In this document: positions 35,523 to 48,000 of the stretch, piece after piece
Layout: each line of letters starts with the position of its first letter
Numbering within the stretch: the first letter of the stretch is position 1
NCBI GenBank assembly: GCA_040437565.1
Contig: JBDOQK010000001.1
Location: 372,001 to 436,000, forward strand
Origin: Albugo candida
Lineage: Eukaryota
Length of the DNA stretch: 64,000 bases
Reading direction: 5' to 3'
The notes under the pieces: model-generated
Seen by the model: the letters and a program-made list of their open reading frames with translations, nothing else
Told to the model about the DNA's origin: nothing
The model's database searches: none
Translations under genes and position numbers: made by a program

Positions 35523-37678
35523 ATGAATCAAGATTTTTTAAGGTCGGATCAAGATAATTGCGGGTTTATAACAGCACTTCCAGCATTCTCAAGCATCTGG
35601 ACCTCAGACGCTTCCGAGGGGTATTTACGTCGAGGTCGCTTTTCACAGAAAGCAGACCCTATTGTTGGTCGACCAACTTGTGCGAATGATCGTCATTGTT
35701 GTATGCCGAGTCAGTACCTCGACGATCCAGTGCAAGAGCGTTTTTCACACAATCTTCGCTCACAAGTAGATACTGAACAGGTAAAAAATTCGAAAGCGTA
35801 CATAGCAAGAAATTATCTCTTTCGTAATCAGGAAATTTACATGAAGACAGCTATGCTGACAGAACATACTGTTGACGACCAACACCCTTCAATTCAGATG
35901 GTATGGTGGATGTGAATAGTAAATCTTATCTTAGCTCGCAGTAATGAATGTGTTAGCAGGATTTAACTGCACCGAGCAGTACCAACAGCGCATATTTTCA
36001 TCAAGACCGACCAAATTTATTTGATGTTGGCTGTCCACAACCACTGTATCAGAAGTCCTGCTTGGCTGGCTCATTTGCCACCCAGCCCGGTGACGAGATT
36101 TGGACCCAGTCTAATTCATTCGGTAAAAGCCCTCGCTCTTGGCCATTCGACTTGTATACGCAAAGTTATGCAGGATGTGAGCATATGCTTTACAAATCCT
36201 TGAATCGGGATCCACAAGCCGAGTGTTTATATACTGCCAATCCTCCACCTAGGGGCTTCAATGCGCATGATTCCAGGCAGCATGTTTACTGTGAGAAGCC
36301 TCCTTTAAATTTGATGGAATCAAATGCTACATACCGCAGAAGTGGCAGTACATCCACCCCTATCTGGAGACCCTGGAACGATAGCTGGTCCATTCCAGTC
36401 CACAAGAATGTTTGTGAACGAGCCTTGAGTCGTAATTCACCCAAAAGAAGAACTTCTTTACCCTCCCCGTCAGGCGTAGAGTCTTGGCATTCTAGCATGG
36501 ATGCATCAAAACATTTTGGTGGAATGTATGACGGACGAACCTCGTACAAAATGAAGCATGCATACCGCAGACCGTGTACACCGGTACACCAACCATCCTT
36601 TCCACATTCCTTGGTGGATGAAGTCAACCAAGAACATCAGAGTTCGATGCGGGAGCTAACATCGATGAAGGGCCATCTACTTGAAATTGCACGAGATCAA
36701 AGTGGCTCCCGATTTATACAATTGAGGTTAGATTTTGCTTCCTCGAATGAGAGAAACGCTGTATTCGAAGAAGCTATACCTCAAGCCTTAGTGCTCATGA
36801 CAGATGTATTTGGGAATTACGTTATTCAGAAGCTTTTTGAACTTGGTACTACCCACCAAAGGCAGCAGCTTATTGGAATGATGAAAAATAACATGGTAGA
36901 ATTAGCGTTGCAGGTTTATGGCTGCCGAGTCATTCAGAAAGCCCTCGAAGTGGTGCATGTTCATGAGAAAGTGACGATACTGCGTGAATTAATTGGACAT
37001 ACAATGCGATGTATTATCGATCAAAATGGAAATCATGTGATCCAAAAATGTATTGAAGTATGTTCGTATAAAAATCACATGAATATGGAAACTGAGCAAT
37101 TACGAGGAGCAGACGTACAATTCATCATTGACGCTTTTATGGGCAATGCTGCAAAGCTATCGACTCATGCGTATGGTTGCCGAGTCATACAGCGTATCTT
37201 GGAACACTGTACATTAGAGCAGACATTACCCTTGGTTGATGAACTCATCTGGAAGTGCCGTGAACTGGTAAAAAACCAGTTTGGAAATTATGTTGTGCAA
37301 CACGTGATCATGCATGGAGCAGACAGTCACCGAGCAATGATCGAATCTATATTACTAGAAGAATTACCGTATTGGAGCATGCACAAGTACGCTAGCAACG
37401 TCGTTGAGACATATCTTGAGCATACTGACGCAGATAAAATTTGCCTAGCGATCGATTCAATACTCGCAACGGATGAAAGCGGCGTCCCGCGAATTTTGCT
37501 AACTATGATGAAACACATGTATGGAAACTACGTGGTTCAGAAATTGCTGGACAAAGCAGATAGCACTTCGCATGCTCGCATACTTGGTATTATCAAAGAA
37601 AACTCGGCATTTCTGGAAAAATTTACATATGGAAGGCATGTCCTCGGTCGATTAAAACGTCTCGAGGGAAGACAGTGA
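35523..37678 (+). CDS. Pumilio/PUF RNA-binding protein, 2 exons (35523..35900, 35960..37678)
   Basis: Eight PUF repeats (SRFIQ, NYVIQ, CRVIQ, NHVIQ, CRVIQ, NYVVQ, SNVVE, NYVVQ) and terminal 'YGRHV'. A 59-nt GT-AG intron keeps frame with ORF 36062. Confidence 0.93.
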
Positions 37679-38359
37679 TAGTGAAATGGTGCAATCACAT
37701 TGTCGTTGGGATTAATGTATGTTGAATGTAATGTAGGACACAGTTCCACTAACCAAAGATCAATAATCAAACAAAGTTTCCGAAATACTCCTTCTACGAG
37801 CTGGATATCAAGATGCTCGCTTTCTCGTTGTATTGTACATTTTAGATTTGATGTGCGTTGTTACTTCATACAATCCGATAAGCTACTTCTGATCTGAACA
37901 TATCATATCAATATCGAGGCAAGCATTTACTCGTAGAATATGATGCGATGCTGCAGAGATTCCTTCATCAAGTAATGGCGACCAGGTGCCTGAGATAAAA
38001 TACTCTGCGGTGACGAATCTTGTTATATCCCGCACGACGAATTCTATCATATACAACACACAAAAACTTTTGCTGATGCATATTTTTTGTCAGAAAAACG
38101 AAAATGCATTTGACACTTGGAAAGAGAATCCTTACCTGAAGCTATCAGAAGCGGAACAATAGAGTACTTGGAGCAAATTCCACAGTAGGATTGCTTGTAC
38201 CTCACAGGCAATCCGAGCAAACATGCAACTGATTGCTTAGATTATCCTATCACTTGATTTTCCAGCTTCTGGAGAAGGGATCATTATAAAGCCGGTTATG
38301 TGAACAAGTCACATAGAAGAACAGAGGCCAACTGCCACTGCGAGCCAAATTTGTTCCCC

Positions 38360-38485
38360 TTCCTTTGATACTACCAGGTATGCAGACATGCGAAGAGCTA
38401 TCTGCTTTGTGCAGCATTTTTTGAATACGATAGCTGCCATACATGTGTTTCATTATAGTGAGCAACGTCAGCGAGACGCTGCGCA
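38360..38485 (-). pseudogene. Inverted, degenerate copy of the Pumilio 3' end
   Basis: 'LTIMKHMYGSYRIQKMLHKADSSSHVCIPGSIK' vs the gene's 'LTMMKHMYGNYVVQKLLDKADSTSHARILGIIK' (37497..37600). Confidence 0.8.
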
Positions 38486-41199
38486 TTGATATCGGAGGAT
38501 AGCAGCTTGGCCTTACCGCATAATTTAACATTCACACCGTTCCGGTCTCATGTTCTGCACAGCCTGGAACATTCCTGTTTTTGAATAGGCAATTACGTTT
38601 CAGAAGTTTGAGGAAGGCAATTATCAGCCGAAAGGTTGAGTGATCTCGAGTAGAGAACATAGTTTCGTGAAGGGAATTTATCCGTCGTCTGAAAAGGTGT
38701 AAAGACAATATTTGTCTATTCTCTATTACCCGATCCAAGATTGGAGCATCCAGCATGATCATGCGGGGAGAATTATTACCTATACCTGACGCGTCAATCA
38801 GTTCTTTGGTGGTAATGAATATCGTTAGCAATAAAACTCATTGGAAGGTTACAAAAGATGGGTTGAGAAACTTCTCAGTAATACGAGATCTCGAGCAGGC
38901 CTGAAATTTCTCAAGATTTGATAAGCTTGGTGTAATTTCTCTCTAATTTCACAAGTACAAGATCAAGACAAATGGGTACTTACAATTCTGTCTAAACGAG
39001 TGATGGCCTCTCACATTACCACGCTATGAAGCTGAAGCAATGGCTTCACATATTCAGGATCTGAACTTGAGAAACTCTCATCATTACCATTTTACTTTGT
39101 AGAGCAGACTTTCTAGCGAGAATTTAAAAGTCAATGAAAGCAGTGCCTACTTATGAGTCCAATCTATTATCGTTAAATAGAACCTATTCAATCACAGAGA
39201 AAAATGAGAGAGAAAAAGGGTCGAGTAACCAGAATTTTGTTTGTATTCAATATAAAAGCATATCATGGAACTCTTTTTCCGGCAACTACGACTATTGCTA
39301 TACGTTACGACAATCGCTAATGTTCCTAAAGATCAGCTTCCTGACTGTAGTCATTCGATCAGATTTGGTTAGACGATAAATTTCGTGAATCTTAGAAATG
39401 TGATAAAATAATGCTACAGAAACACTTGTATCGTGTTATCGCGCCTATCTAATCATCACGTATTTAATAAAGACTAAAATCGTGATATCGAGTGCAACTA
39501 CACGTATGCAAGCTAGCTGACTTGAAACTCTGGCATAGTCGTGTACGTTTTAATCACGATGCAAGCACGCTTAATCACATTCGAAAGTAAGATGAACAAA
39601 AGGATATCCGATACAAGTTTCAAATGCTGGTCTAACATACCTTCAAAACCGTATCTGTACCGATTTTGTCGCAAATTCCACGACGTTATGACCAAGAAAG
39701 TGTCAGGTCTGGTGCTCTTCTTCCGATTAATTTCGTACAGCAACTGAACCTATTTATGAAAGTACATCGCGGTATCAAGTCGAAGGAGCAACGATCAAAA
39801 GGAGGCGTAAGAACTAAATATCAGCACGTTGGAATTGGGTATTTCTGTTTGTTTTTGCTGATGGCAATTTTTGATCAGTTACAAGACTTTACGACAGGAA
39901 TAAAGTCAAAGTGAAAAAAATCACAAGAAAAAGCAGCCAAGACACAGCAAAGAGAGAAGTGAGCCGATACAAAGATTATGAGGATCGCATTAAGAAGCAA
40001 TCTCGGAATCCCCACACTAGAAAACCCATCATCGCGCCGCCTACGTTTCAACTGTATGTTATAATATTCGAAACGTCTCATCTTATTTTTCTTGCAGCCC
40101 GTCAAATGACTCAAGTAATTCAGTGACGCAATCGATCGATTCTGTGAGTCACTTTATCATCCTCGCCGAAATACCTTCTCATAAGTTTGCAAAGGTCGAC
40201 ATGGAAGTCAATAGAAAAACCATTGGTCGATCTAAAGGTAAATTTCACAAGAGATTCGCCTATACCAGCTCCAACGTCTTTACGGTACTGGACGAAGACC
40301 AAGGAAACAACATAAGATCTCTGCAACCTCCATGCATACGACCGGCAACATTTAAACTAGCCGAAATTGTAGCAGACGCTAGCACAACCGCAACATAGAT
40401 AACGATAGTATATAATACATAATAATAGCTGATCCGGTGATAAGCCCAGTAACTTGAGTAGAGATCATGATGCACTTAGCCGTGGACCAAGACCGATTTT
40501 TTCGATACTCTGATAAAAATGTTCATAATAAGCGTTCGTCCATAGTCTTCTTTGTGCAGGCAGACAATGCGTACATCTTCAGCATCTAAATCATATTATA
40601 CAGCCTTATTGAGTTGTAACGAGTGCGTCGGTGCAAGTATTTGAACCAGATACATGCGTTCGAAAGACCAGATAGAGGTTTTGACTTTTTCCCAGGCGAG
40701 GAAGAAAAAGGTTTTTGCTGATCACACAGTCGTTATGATAATAAGGAAACCACATATTTGTGCGTCCTTTCATGGAACGGATCAGATCAGATAAATTTAG
40801 CATCTTAATTCGTCTTGCTGACATCGCTGAACTGCGGGATTTCCATCTTCATGTGGTTTTGCCAGCAAAACAAAAATTCTACAGAACTGGAGTAACTTCA
40901 TGGCTAAATAGACTATTATCTAACGGATACAAATATCAGTGCTGGATTCTAACAACCTGATCTTTTTTTAGCCAAGACATGTACAATGTCTTGTGTTTGC
41001 CTTAAGCACATAGGAATGTCGACCAAGTCTACATGTGTATCGTAGCGTCTTGGTGCCTGTACCTACATCGTAGTAAAATGCATCTCAAGCCCTCCGATAT
41101 TCATTCAATCAAGCACTTGCGCTACATGACTTTACTCAATGTCTGCATTATCAACTGCTTTGAACGCTGACAGCAATTTATCTTGACTTCTGCTAAATC

Positions 41200-42141
41200 T
41201 GTAACAACCTCCATTGTACATGCATGCATAGTTCATATTTAGTTGGAGAACTGGATTAGCCAATCNNNNNNNNNNNNNNNNNNNNNNNNNNNNNNNNNNN
41301 NNNNNNNNNNNNNNNNNNNNNNNNNNNNNNNNNNNNNNNNNNNNNNNNNNNNNNNNNNNNNNNNNCTCAAAACCGTCGTCAAGAAATCATTGATCTAGCT
41401 ACGAAACATTTCCTTCAGGCTCAGGATCGTCAAAAAAAGTACTACGACAAAAAACGCACTGAGATTACTTTTAAAATCGGAGATTTGGTCATGTTGGATA
41501 CTTGTCGCATTCCTGCAAAACATGTGACACAAGACATTGATGGAAAACGCGCCAAATTAGCTGCTCGCAAAGCTGGACCATTTTAAATTATAAAAATGGT
41601 CAACTCGAATGTTGCGCAATTGAAGCTTCTGCGGAGTATGAGTCTTTTGAACTCTACTTTCAATATTGACGTGCTAAGTCGCTATGTGGGGAATCTACCG
41701 CGATTTTAAATTCGTCCGATTCCGAAATCATTCCGACTTATTTTTGACGAGGACAGTGGTGACACGATGCACATCATTGGGCAGCTTCTCCAGAAGCGTC
41801 AATTCAATCGTAAAACTGAATGGCTCCTGAAATGGCATGTATTACTCGAGTACGAAGCTACATGGGAGCGGGAGAAAGACATCCGTCATATTTCTCATTG
41901 GAATGTTCTCATCGCCGATTTCAAGAAGCGACAACGAGAATTCAATTCCGGGAGGATGTAACAACCTTCATTGTACATGCATGCATTCTTCATATTTAGT
42001 TGGAGAACTGGATTAGCGAATCAGATAGGTGAACCAGGATTCTTTGTTTAAAAAAATCTCACTTTCTTTTTTTTCGCAAATAGAGCTCCGCCAGCAAATA
42101 TCTTCCTTTGCTTCCTCCCCCTTCCTCCTGCCGGCGTTACA
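41200..42141 (+). mobile_element. Gypsy (chromovirus-type) LTR retrotransposon, degenerate; interior mostly hidden by a gap
   Basis: 5' LTR TGTAAC from 41200, cut by the gap. 3' LTR 41957..42141 TGTAAC...GTTACA, preceded by purine tract GGGAGGA. TSD AAATC (41195..41199, 42142..42146). Integrase-tail remnants and chromodomain 'EWLLKW....EATWE'. Confidence 0.9.
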
Positions 42142-43559
42142 AAATCACTGTTATAATGCACTTTTGTGCACTTATCTTACCCAACGTCTACGAGCTTCAG
42201 TTCAAAATTGTTCATCACGTAACACCGGGCACAATGTATAGCAAAAAGCCCCCAAAATCGAATGTTCACTAGCGGATACTCACGAGCGAAATCATCTTCC
42301 AAGTCAACAAGAAGTACGAATGCTGCATGCCTTTTTGACGAGGAATGCGGTCAACCTATGACCGCTAAATGGACTTCAAAGGTCAAATGTGACCACCGTT
42401 ATATGGCTTCTAGGTGTTCATCGGTCATGAGCAAGCATTTCTTCGTACTCAATCTTCGTCTGGACTGCTTCTCCCACAGTAAGCAATTAATCTAGCATAA
42501 ACATGCTGCATTTATCCTCCCAAGCAGCCAGACTGTTTTTATTGAACTAACGAGAAAATTAGAATTAAGATTGTTCGAATTTGGCATGGTTCTTCTGCTC
42601 ACTAAATCACAAGACCGCTGGATGTAACCTTGATTCTGCTAAAGCGGGAGTTTATGCACTTTATTCGAAACGATAATATCTGCTGCTCAACACAGAGGTC
42701 TATTTGTAATATTCAGGCCTTTTCTGTGAGTCAGATAGGCTGTTTCAAAACTCAATCGAATTTCTAGTGGCATGTTTATACAATGACGACATCCCACTTC
42801 ATGAAGCACGCAACGACTTCTAAAAAATAAAGAAACCCTTTTTCAGTGTTCTCTCGCATCAAGCCCTGGGTGCATATCCTTACCGTTTTTATGTTGCCTA
42901 CAAGTAGCTGTCGTTGCTCAATGCATGCTCAAAATCATGATTTAGCAAACTTTACTATTGATACACTGGTATCCGGTATGCATGCAAAGCCTTCGATATT
43001 GGAAGACATAGTTATTTTATATTTTGATTGAGAAGACAGCATGTTCCACCTCGCGATACATCTTACTCTTATTCAAGATACACCGCATAACAACAACATC
43101 GAAATGTATTCGATAGCACCAGGTCTAGCACCTGCTAATCCTATTGTTACTATTCCTGAAATCTAAGCCATTGATCATCCACTGATCAATTATATTATGA
43201 GTTGAGCAGCTTGTGGCTCAACGCTTGAATAAGAAAAGCCGTCACAATGATGACAAGTGGAGGCCTACGTGAGACTCCTTGGTCACAGATCGTTTGTGAT
43301 CCGAGTAATCAAAAGTAACGTTAACTTTGGCCTACCTGAAGAGAAGCTTCTTTTTACTTCGAGTTTATTTTCTCGGCTGACGAATGTTTCCAATTACATA
43401 ATACTTCTTTGTGAATGCGACTTGAATGTTGAGATGAATAATTCTCTCTCACACAAATTACGAGCGTCCACCTAATGCACTCCCCCTTTCTTACTCTGAA
43501 AGATACTTTTACTGCTGGTTAGTGTTGCCAAGGTGGCTAAAAGGACAATTCATGAAGTG

Positions 43560-44300
43560 ACGAATAACGCGCCACCATACACTAATTTGCTTCTTCGTTG
43601 ATGCAAGGCTTTTCTTTATCTCCTGCTGCAATGCTTTTAGAATGACTCATCGGTACGCAATCAGCATCATTCATATCGAAAGATGGAATGCGCCTTCCAA
43701 GTTGATCGTAGTATCTCCCATTTAAAATGACAAATTCGGGTTTATACGTTATACCTCGAACAAAGACCTGGTGCTCGCGATATGATCGGCGTTCTGCAAC
43801 GTCTTTTCCGTTGTCTACATATCCATCTACCGCCTTGATCCGTTATTGATTAGATATATATCAATACTGATATAATGGTGTGAGCAATATCTGATATCCC
43901 GATTCGAAATGTGTATATTATTTCAGTCAGAAAACAATGGTGATCTGGAATGCCGTATACACCCAACCTGTCGCGAAAGAACAAACTTAGGAGTGAGAAT
44001 TTACCTGAGATCAAGCCAAGCCAAGCGCTCTATCTAGAATAGTCGGGATTGAGGCGTCGTGATTTACTAGTCAGATGTCTTTATTGAAAATTTATTCCAT
44101 CATGGAAGTTGATGATACTTCCAGCTCGAAAATAGGATATTCCACCATATTTCGAGATCTGAATCAGAATAGTTAGTCACTAAGGTTTCAACGAAACCAT
44201 ACCGGAATACATCTGGGTCAAATTGAATGTCTACCATCGTCTACTAATGTGTCGTTTATAGGGAGAACCAAGTAAACGCATTTACTTCGTCTCGAGCTAG
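43560..44300 (-). pseudogene. Decayed copy D of the multi-copy gene family (5'-proximal segment)
   Basis: Collinear with 8060..8630 and the reverse complement of 1370..2420 without the SINE. Confidence 0.55.
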
Positions 44301-44303
44301 ATT

Positions 44304-44895
44304 CCGATGGGAAGACTATTTCGACATTATCTCAGATTTATGGCTTGCATTGAAAGCGGTGACACTGCACTTCATATGGACAGATCGGAATCGTCGTTTG
44401 TTCGATCAGCGATCAGCATCTCCGACAGCTCCAGCACTTTCCGTCATTTACACCACGTTTAGTGCGCACGTTCGGTACTTTCGTAGGCAGTGTTACGACC
44501 AAGACGAACGCATTCGGCTTGCAACGGTGCTGAATCAACTAGTACAGCAAGGATCATTTGGTGGATTTTTCAGAAGCCGAAGATCATTACTGCGGGTACG
44601 GCTCAGGCGAGTGGAAAGGCAAGTGCAACTCGGGTCCTAGTCCTAGTTGGATGGCATTGTTCCACCTAGTGGGGCGCACACCAATTAGACAACTACGGTA
44701 GTTTTGGACCATTTTTTCACAACTTTTTACAACTTTCAACATTTATCCGTTACACGATGGATACACTCTCGTACTGTAGTGGTTAACGCTGCCGCACTGC
44801 AGGACTAGCAACGAGGGACATAATATTATCTCTCACAGGTATTTCACGAAACGTTTTTTATATGTATATATGTTATTTAAGATAGCCTAGGCAAC
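44304..44895 (+). mobile_element. 5'-truncated copy of the same LINE family (ORF2 end plus 3' UTR, cut by a gap)
   Basis: 'LHFIWTDRNRRLF...PTAPALSVIYTT..HVRYFRRQCYD' is homologous to ORF 149..757. The 3' UTR matches 48433..48651. Confidence 0.85.
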
Positions 44896-45029
44896 NNNNN
44901 NNNNNNNNNNNNNNNNNNNNNNNNNNNNNNNNNNNNNNNNNNNNNNNNNNNNNNNNNNNNNNNNNNNNNNNNNNNNNNNNNNNNNNNNNNNNNNNTATAA
45001 GTTTTGAATCATACGTATTATGCTACAAT

Positions 45030-48000
45030 ACCAGGGTACATGGGAGTAACCTGCAATACTTCGTTGCTAAGCAAAGTTGTCATCATATGAGTAGAGCACG
45101 CTTCAAATCAAACGATGCCTTCCCTGGACCGCAAAAGATTTAAAATCGCAATCGAGCAAGCCCAGATCTCATCGTTTTTCGCTTTATAGTTCCTTCCTCA
45201 TGTCTCATGCTAATCGTAAACGCGTTTTAGGCGGCACGTGTCATGGAGTGAATCATCGCAGCGATCTCAAAACTTATCACCGCCAGTATCTTGTCTCCAG
45301 CCATACTGTAAATCGAAAGCGATCTCACCTTTGATCTGGTGTCTATGATTACAATCAATCACTCAAGTACGCGCTTTTGGCGTTTGATTGACAGTCTGAG
45401 CTGCTCAGACACAACAGCGTAACCAGTATTCTCTTCAGCGCACCAATATAAGAAGCGGGTACGGGTCGAAAGCGCTCTTCATCTATTATCCAGTTCAATT
45501 CTTGGCAATTCTTTTGTCGACTTTATAATTGCATCATCGGGTCAACCAATCAATAGCTGTATAGTTCGGATGAAGAAATGACATGAAGAGAAAAACGACA
45601 TTACAATGGCGACGCTCAAAACCTCTCAACCAGGGAAGAATGACCTGCGACACGTGAACGTATCCCTATTGAAAACTTGAGATATATGTAACGCAAGAGA
45701 TAGAAAGGATTGGAACTCATTCAAATTTGATCATTTGGAAGGGTATATATGTCACATTTTTCAAAATAGCGAGATCTATGAATCGGCTCTCCGGATAAAT
45801 TGCCTGTCATCAATGATCAGGAATGGGAGGAAGGATTGCGTTTATCTAAGAAAAATCGCTGTTTACAATGGAACATGAGGCTGAGTGTATCTGCGGAATC
45901 ATTGTAGAGCTCGGAATCCAGAATAGGCGATTGAGAGAAGCACTCATCTGGAGGATAGCAAAACATTAACTTCGCTGAGTGGATTGTACGATTGAGTGGT
46001 AACGTGGAAGGTAGAACCAGATTATTATCAACAGGATTCTGATCTTGCCGTAATAGTGAATGAGGAAGGCATGCAAGAAGTTCTATTACAGATTTACACG
46101 GATCCAGAGGTCTTTTTTGAATAACGAGACATACTCCAGCTAATATTATTTGTTGTTGTTGCGCTTTTAACCACTTGGTCGGGGGACTCGAACTATACGG
46201 AATTGCTGAAGCATGGATCAAGTAGCAATAGCTGTTATTTGTCGCCAGGCGATTAATTCGAAATGTTGCAAGAAAAGAAGCGGATAAAAGAAAGTAGCAG
46301 GTTTCGCGATTTCGAAGAAATTGTGACGTGTCCGGACGAAACGTACTTTCTCCGAAATATCCGTTTGACAACACATGAAAAATCATGCAATCCTGGCCCT
46401 GTTGTAAGTCGAGTATTGACCATCCCTACCTGATATTGATGCGCTATGTATTGATTTATGTACTTTATCATCGAATATCTCGTCTTGAAACCCAATCTAT
46501 TCTATCCGCGCGTCATACCAAAATAGTTTGATGGTGTGACTGTGAGCGTCGTCTTTGACAAATAACATGTTTTGCACACTAAAAGTTGAAATTGATACAG
46601 AGCAATGTGTTTTGATTGAAATGGGATTTACAGACTTGATGAAGAACCACACACGCCTGTATATACACGCTGGAGATCTACTTGCAGTAGTATCCGCACT
46701 GTTTTAGGAGAACAGCCGTTGGCATATCCGAGTGCAAGTCCTCCAAGTTTGAGTACTTTTGCTGCTGTTGGATGAAAGCGTCGTGGAGCGAACAATTGCG
46801 CCTTGCAAAAATATTGTTTGCGTAAGCGTTTGTCAAATTACTTTGTGATGTAAACGTTCGTGTTAGTGAAATGGCGCCGCATGACGCCATCGCCTTGAGT
46901 CAGGTCGGATTAAGCATCTACTTTGCTATTGGAGCGCTTGGACGATGAGGCTTGACGGAGTTAGATCTATTGTGCAATGCTGAAGCAAGTGCTCTACACG
47001 TATCAAAACGGTGCATCAATGAGGCTGGAAAACCTTATGTTCATCCATTTCGAGTAAAAAACGAGCACGAGAATCCGAGCTCGAATAATATCTACAACAT
47101 GTAATTCGCCTTCTAGCGTACCATGTTGTAACAATATGATAAGATTATCTACTTGGTATAGGACGAGGTAGATCATGCAAAAATGGCGGACTGGCGGCAC
47201 AATGGATCATCAGGAGATTGAGTGTACAATTTGGCGCTTGTTCTATGGAATAGGATTTCTTACGATCCCGCTGCTCGTTGTAAGTGTTTCAAGTTTGCGG
47301 TCGTCGGAAGTATTTGTATGGAAGCCTTCTCTCGAATGCTCAAGGGAGATGCGATGAGAGAGTAGTGCGCCTCCATCAACCAGACATGTGACTAAGTTTG
47401 ATCAAAAAGATATGAGAACGTCCAAGCTTCTTCTTCGGATGTCGACAGCCGCAAGTGGTACGCAAACGTACCACACAGACGACTTTACCGCTTTCGCGTA
47501 CGTGAAGCAGCCCTCGAGCTGCAGAAAGAGAGGTAGATGTGTCGTTCGCTACCCGCAAAAGAATGGAAACGAGACGGCAGAGACCACAGCTTCTTAAACA
47601 AGAGGTTGGGTCTTTACCCATCGCATCAGCTTCTAGAAATATAAATTTCAAATGTTCCAGAGTCTCCACTATTTACAGGCAGTAAAGGTCAATCACGAAA
47701 GAGCGGGGATATAACTTGCGCCTTCTCGAGGAGAAAACAAACCGATCCTCGGTCAGCAATGATCCTTCGAGCTGATCGCGAGAAATTACATGCACGAAGG
47801 CGAACTGAATCTTTCAAAAGTCCGAGGAAGAAATCTCACCGATGGTATGTACTCTAAAATTTGGCAAGAGAATCCATGATAGTCTGTCCTCGATTGTCTT
47901 TTCTTCCACATGAGCAAGCATCGGTGTACTCCAAATCTATCCGCCTACAATTCATTGCGTGGACTTCTTTCACACCCCTTCTACGGCACCGCATCCATCT

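Noticed and set aside
38500..39100. Faint LRR-like scraps (KVTKDGLRNF, IQDLNLRNS)
   Set aside because: Too short and interrupted to support a call.
39500..43200. Possible further decayed secreted or CCG-like genes (e.g. RKCLIE, KKCLLM on the minus strand around the LTR element)
   Set aside because: Motifs are too short and broken, and there is no second copy in the window for support.
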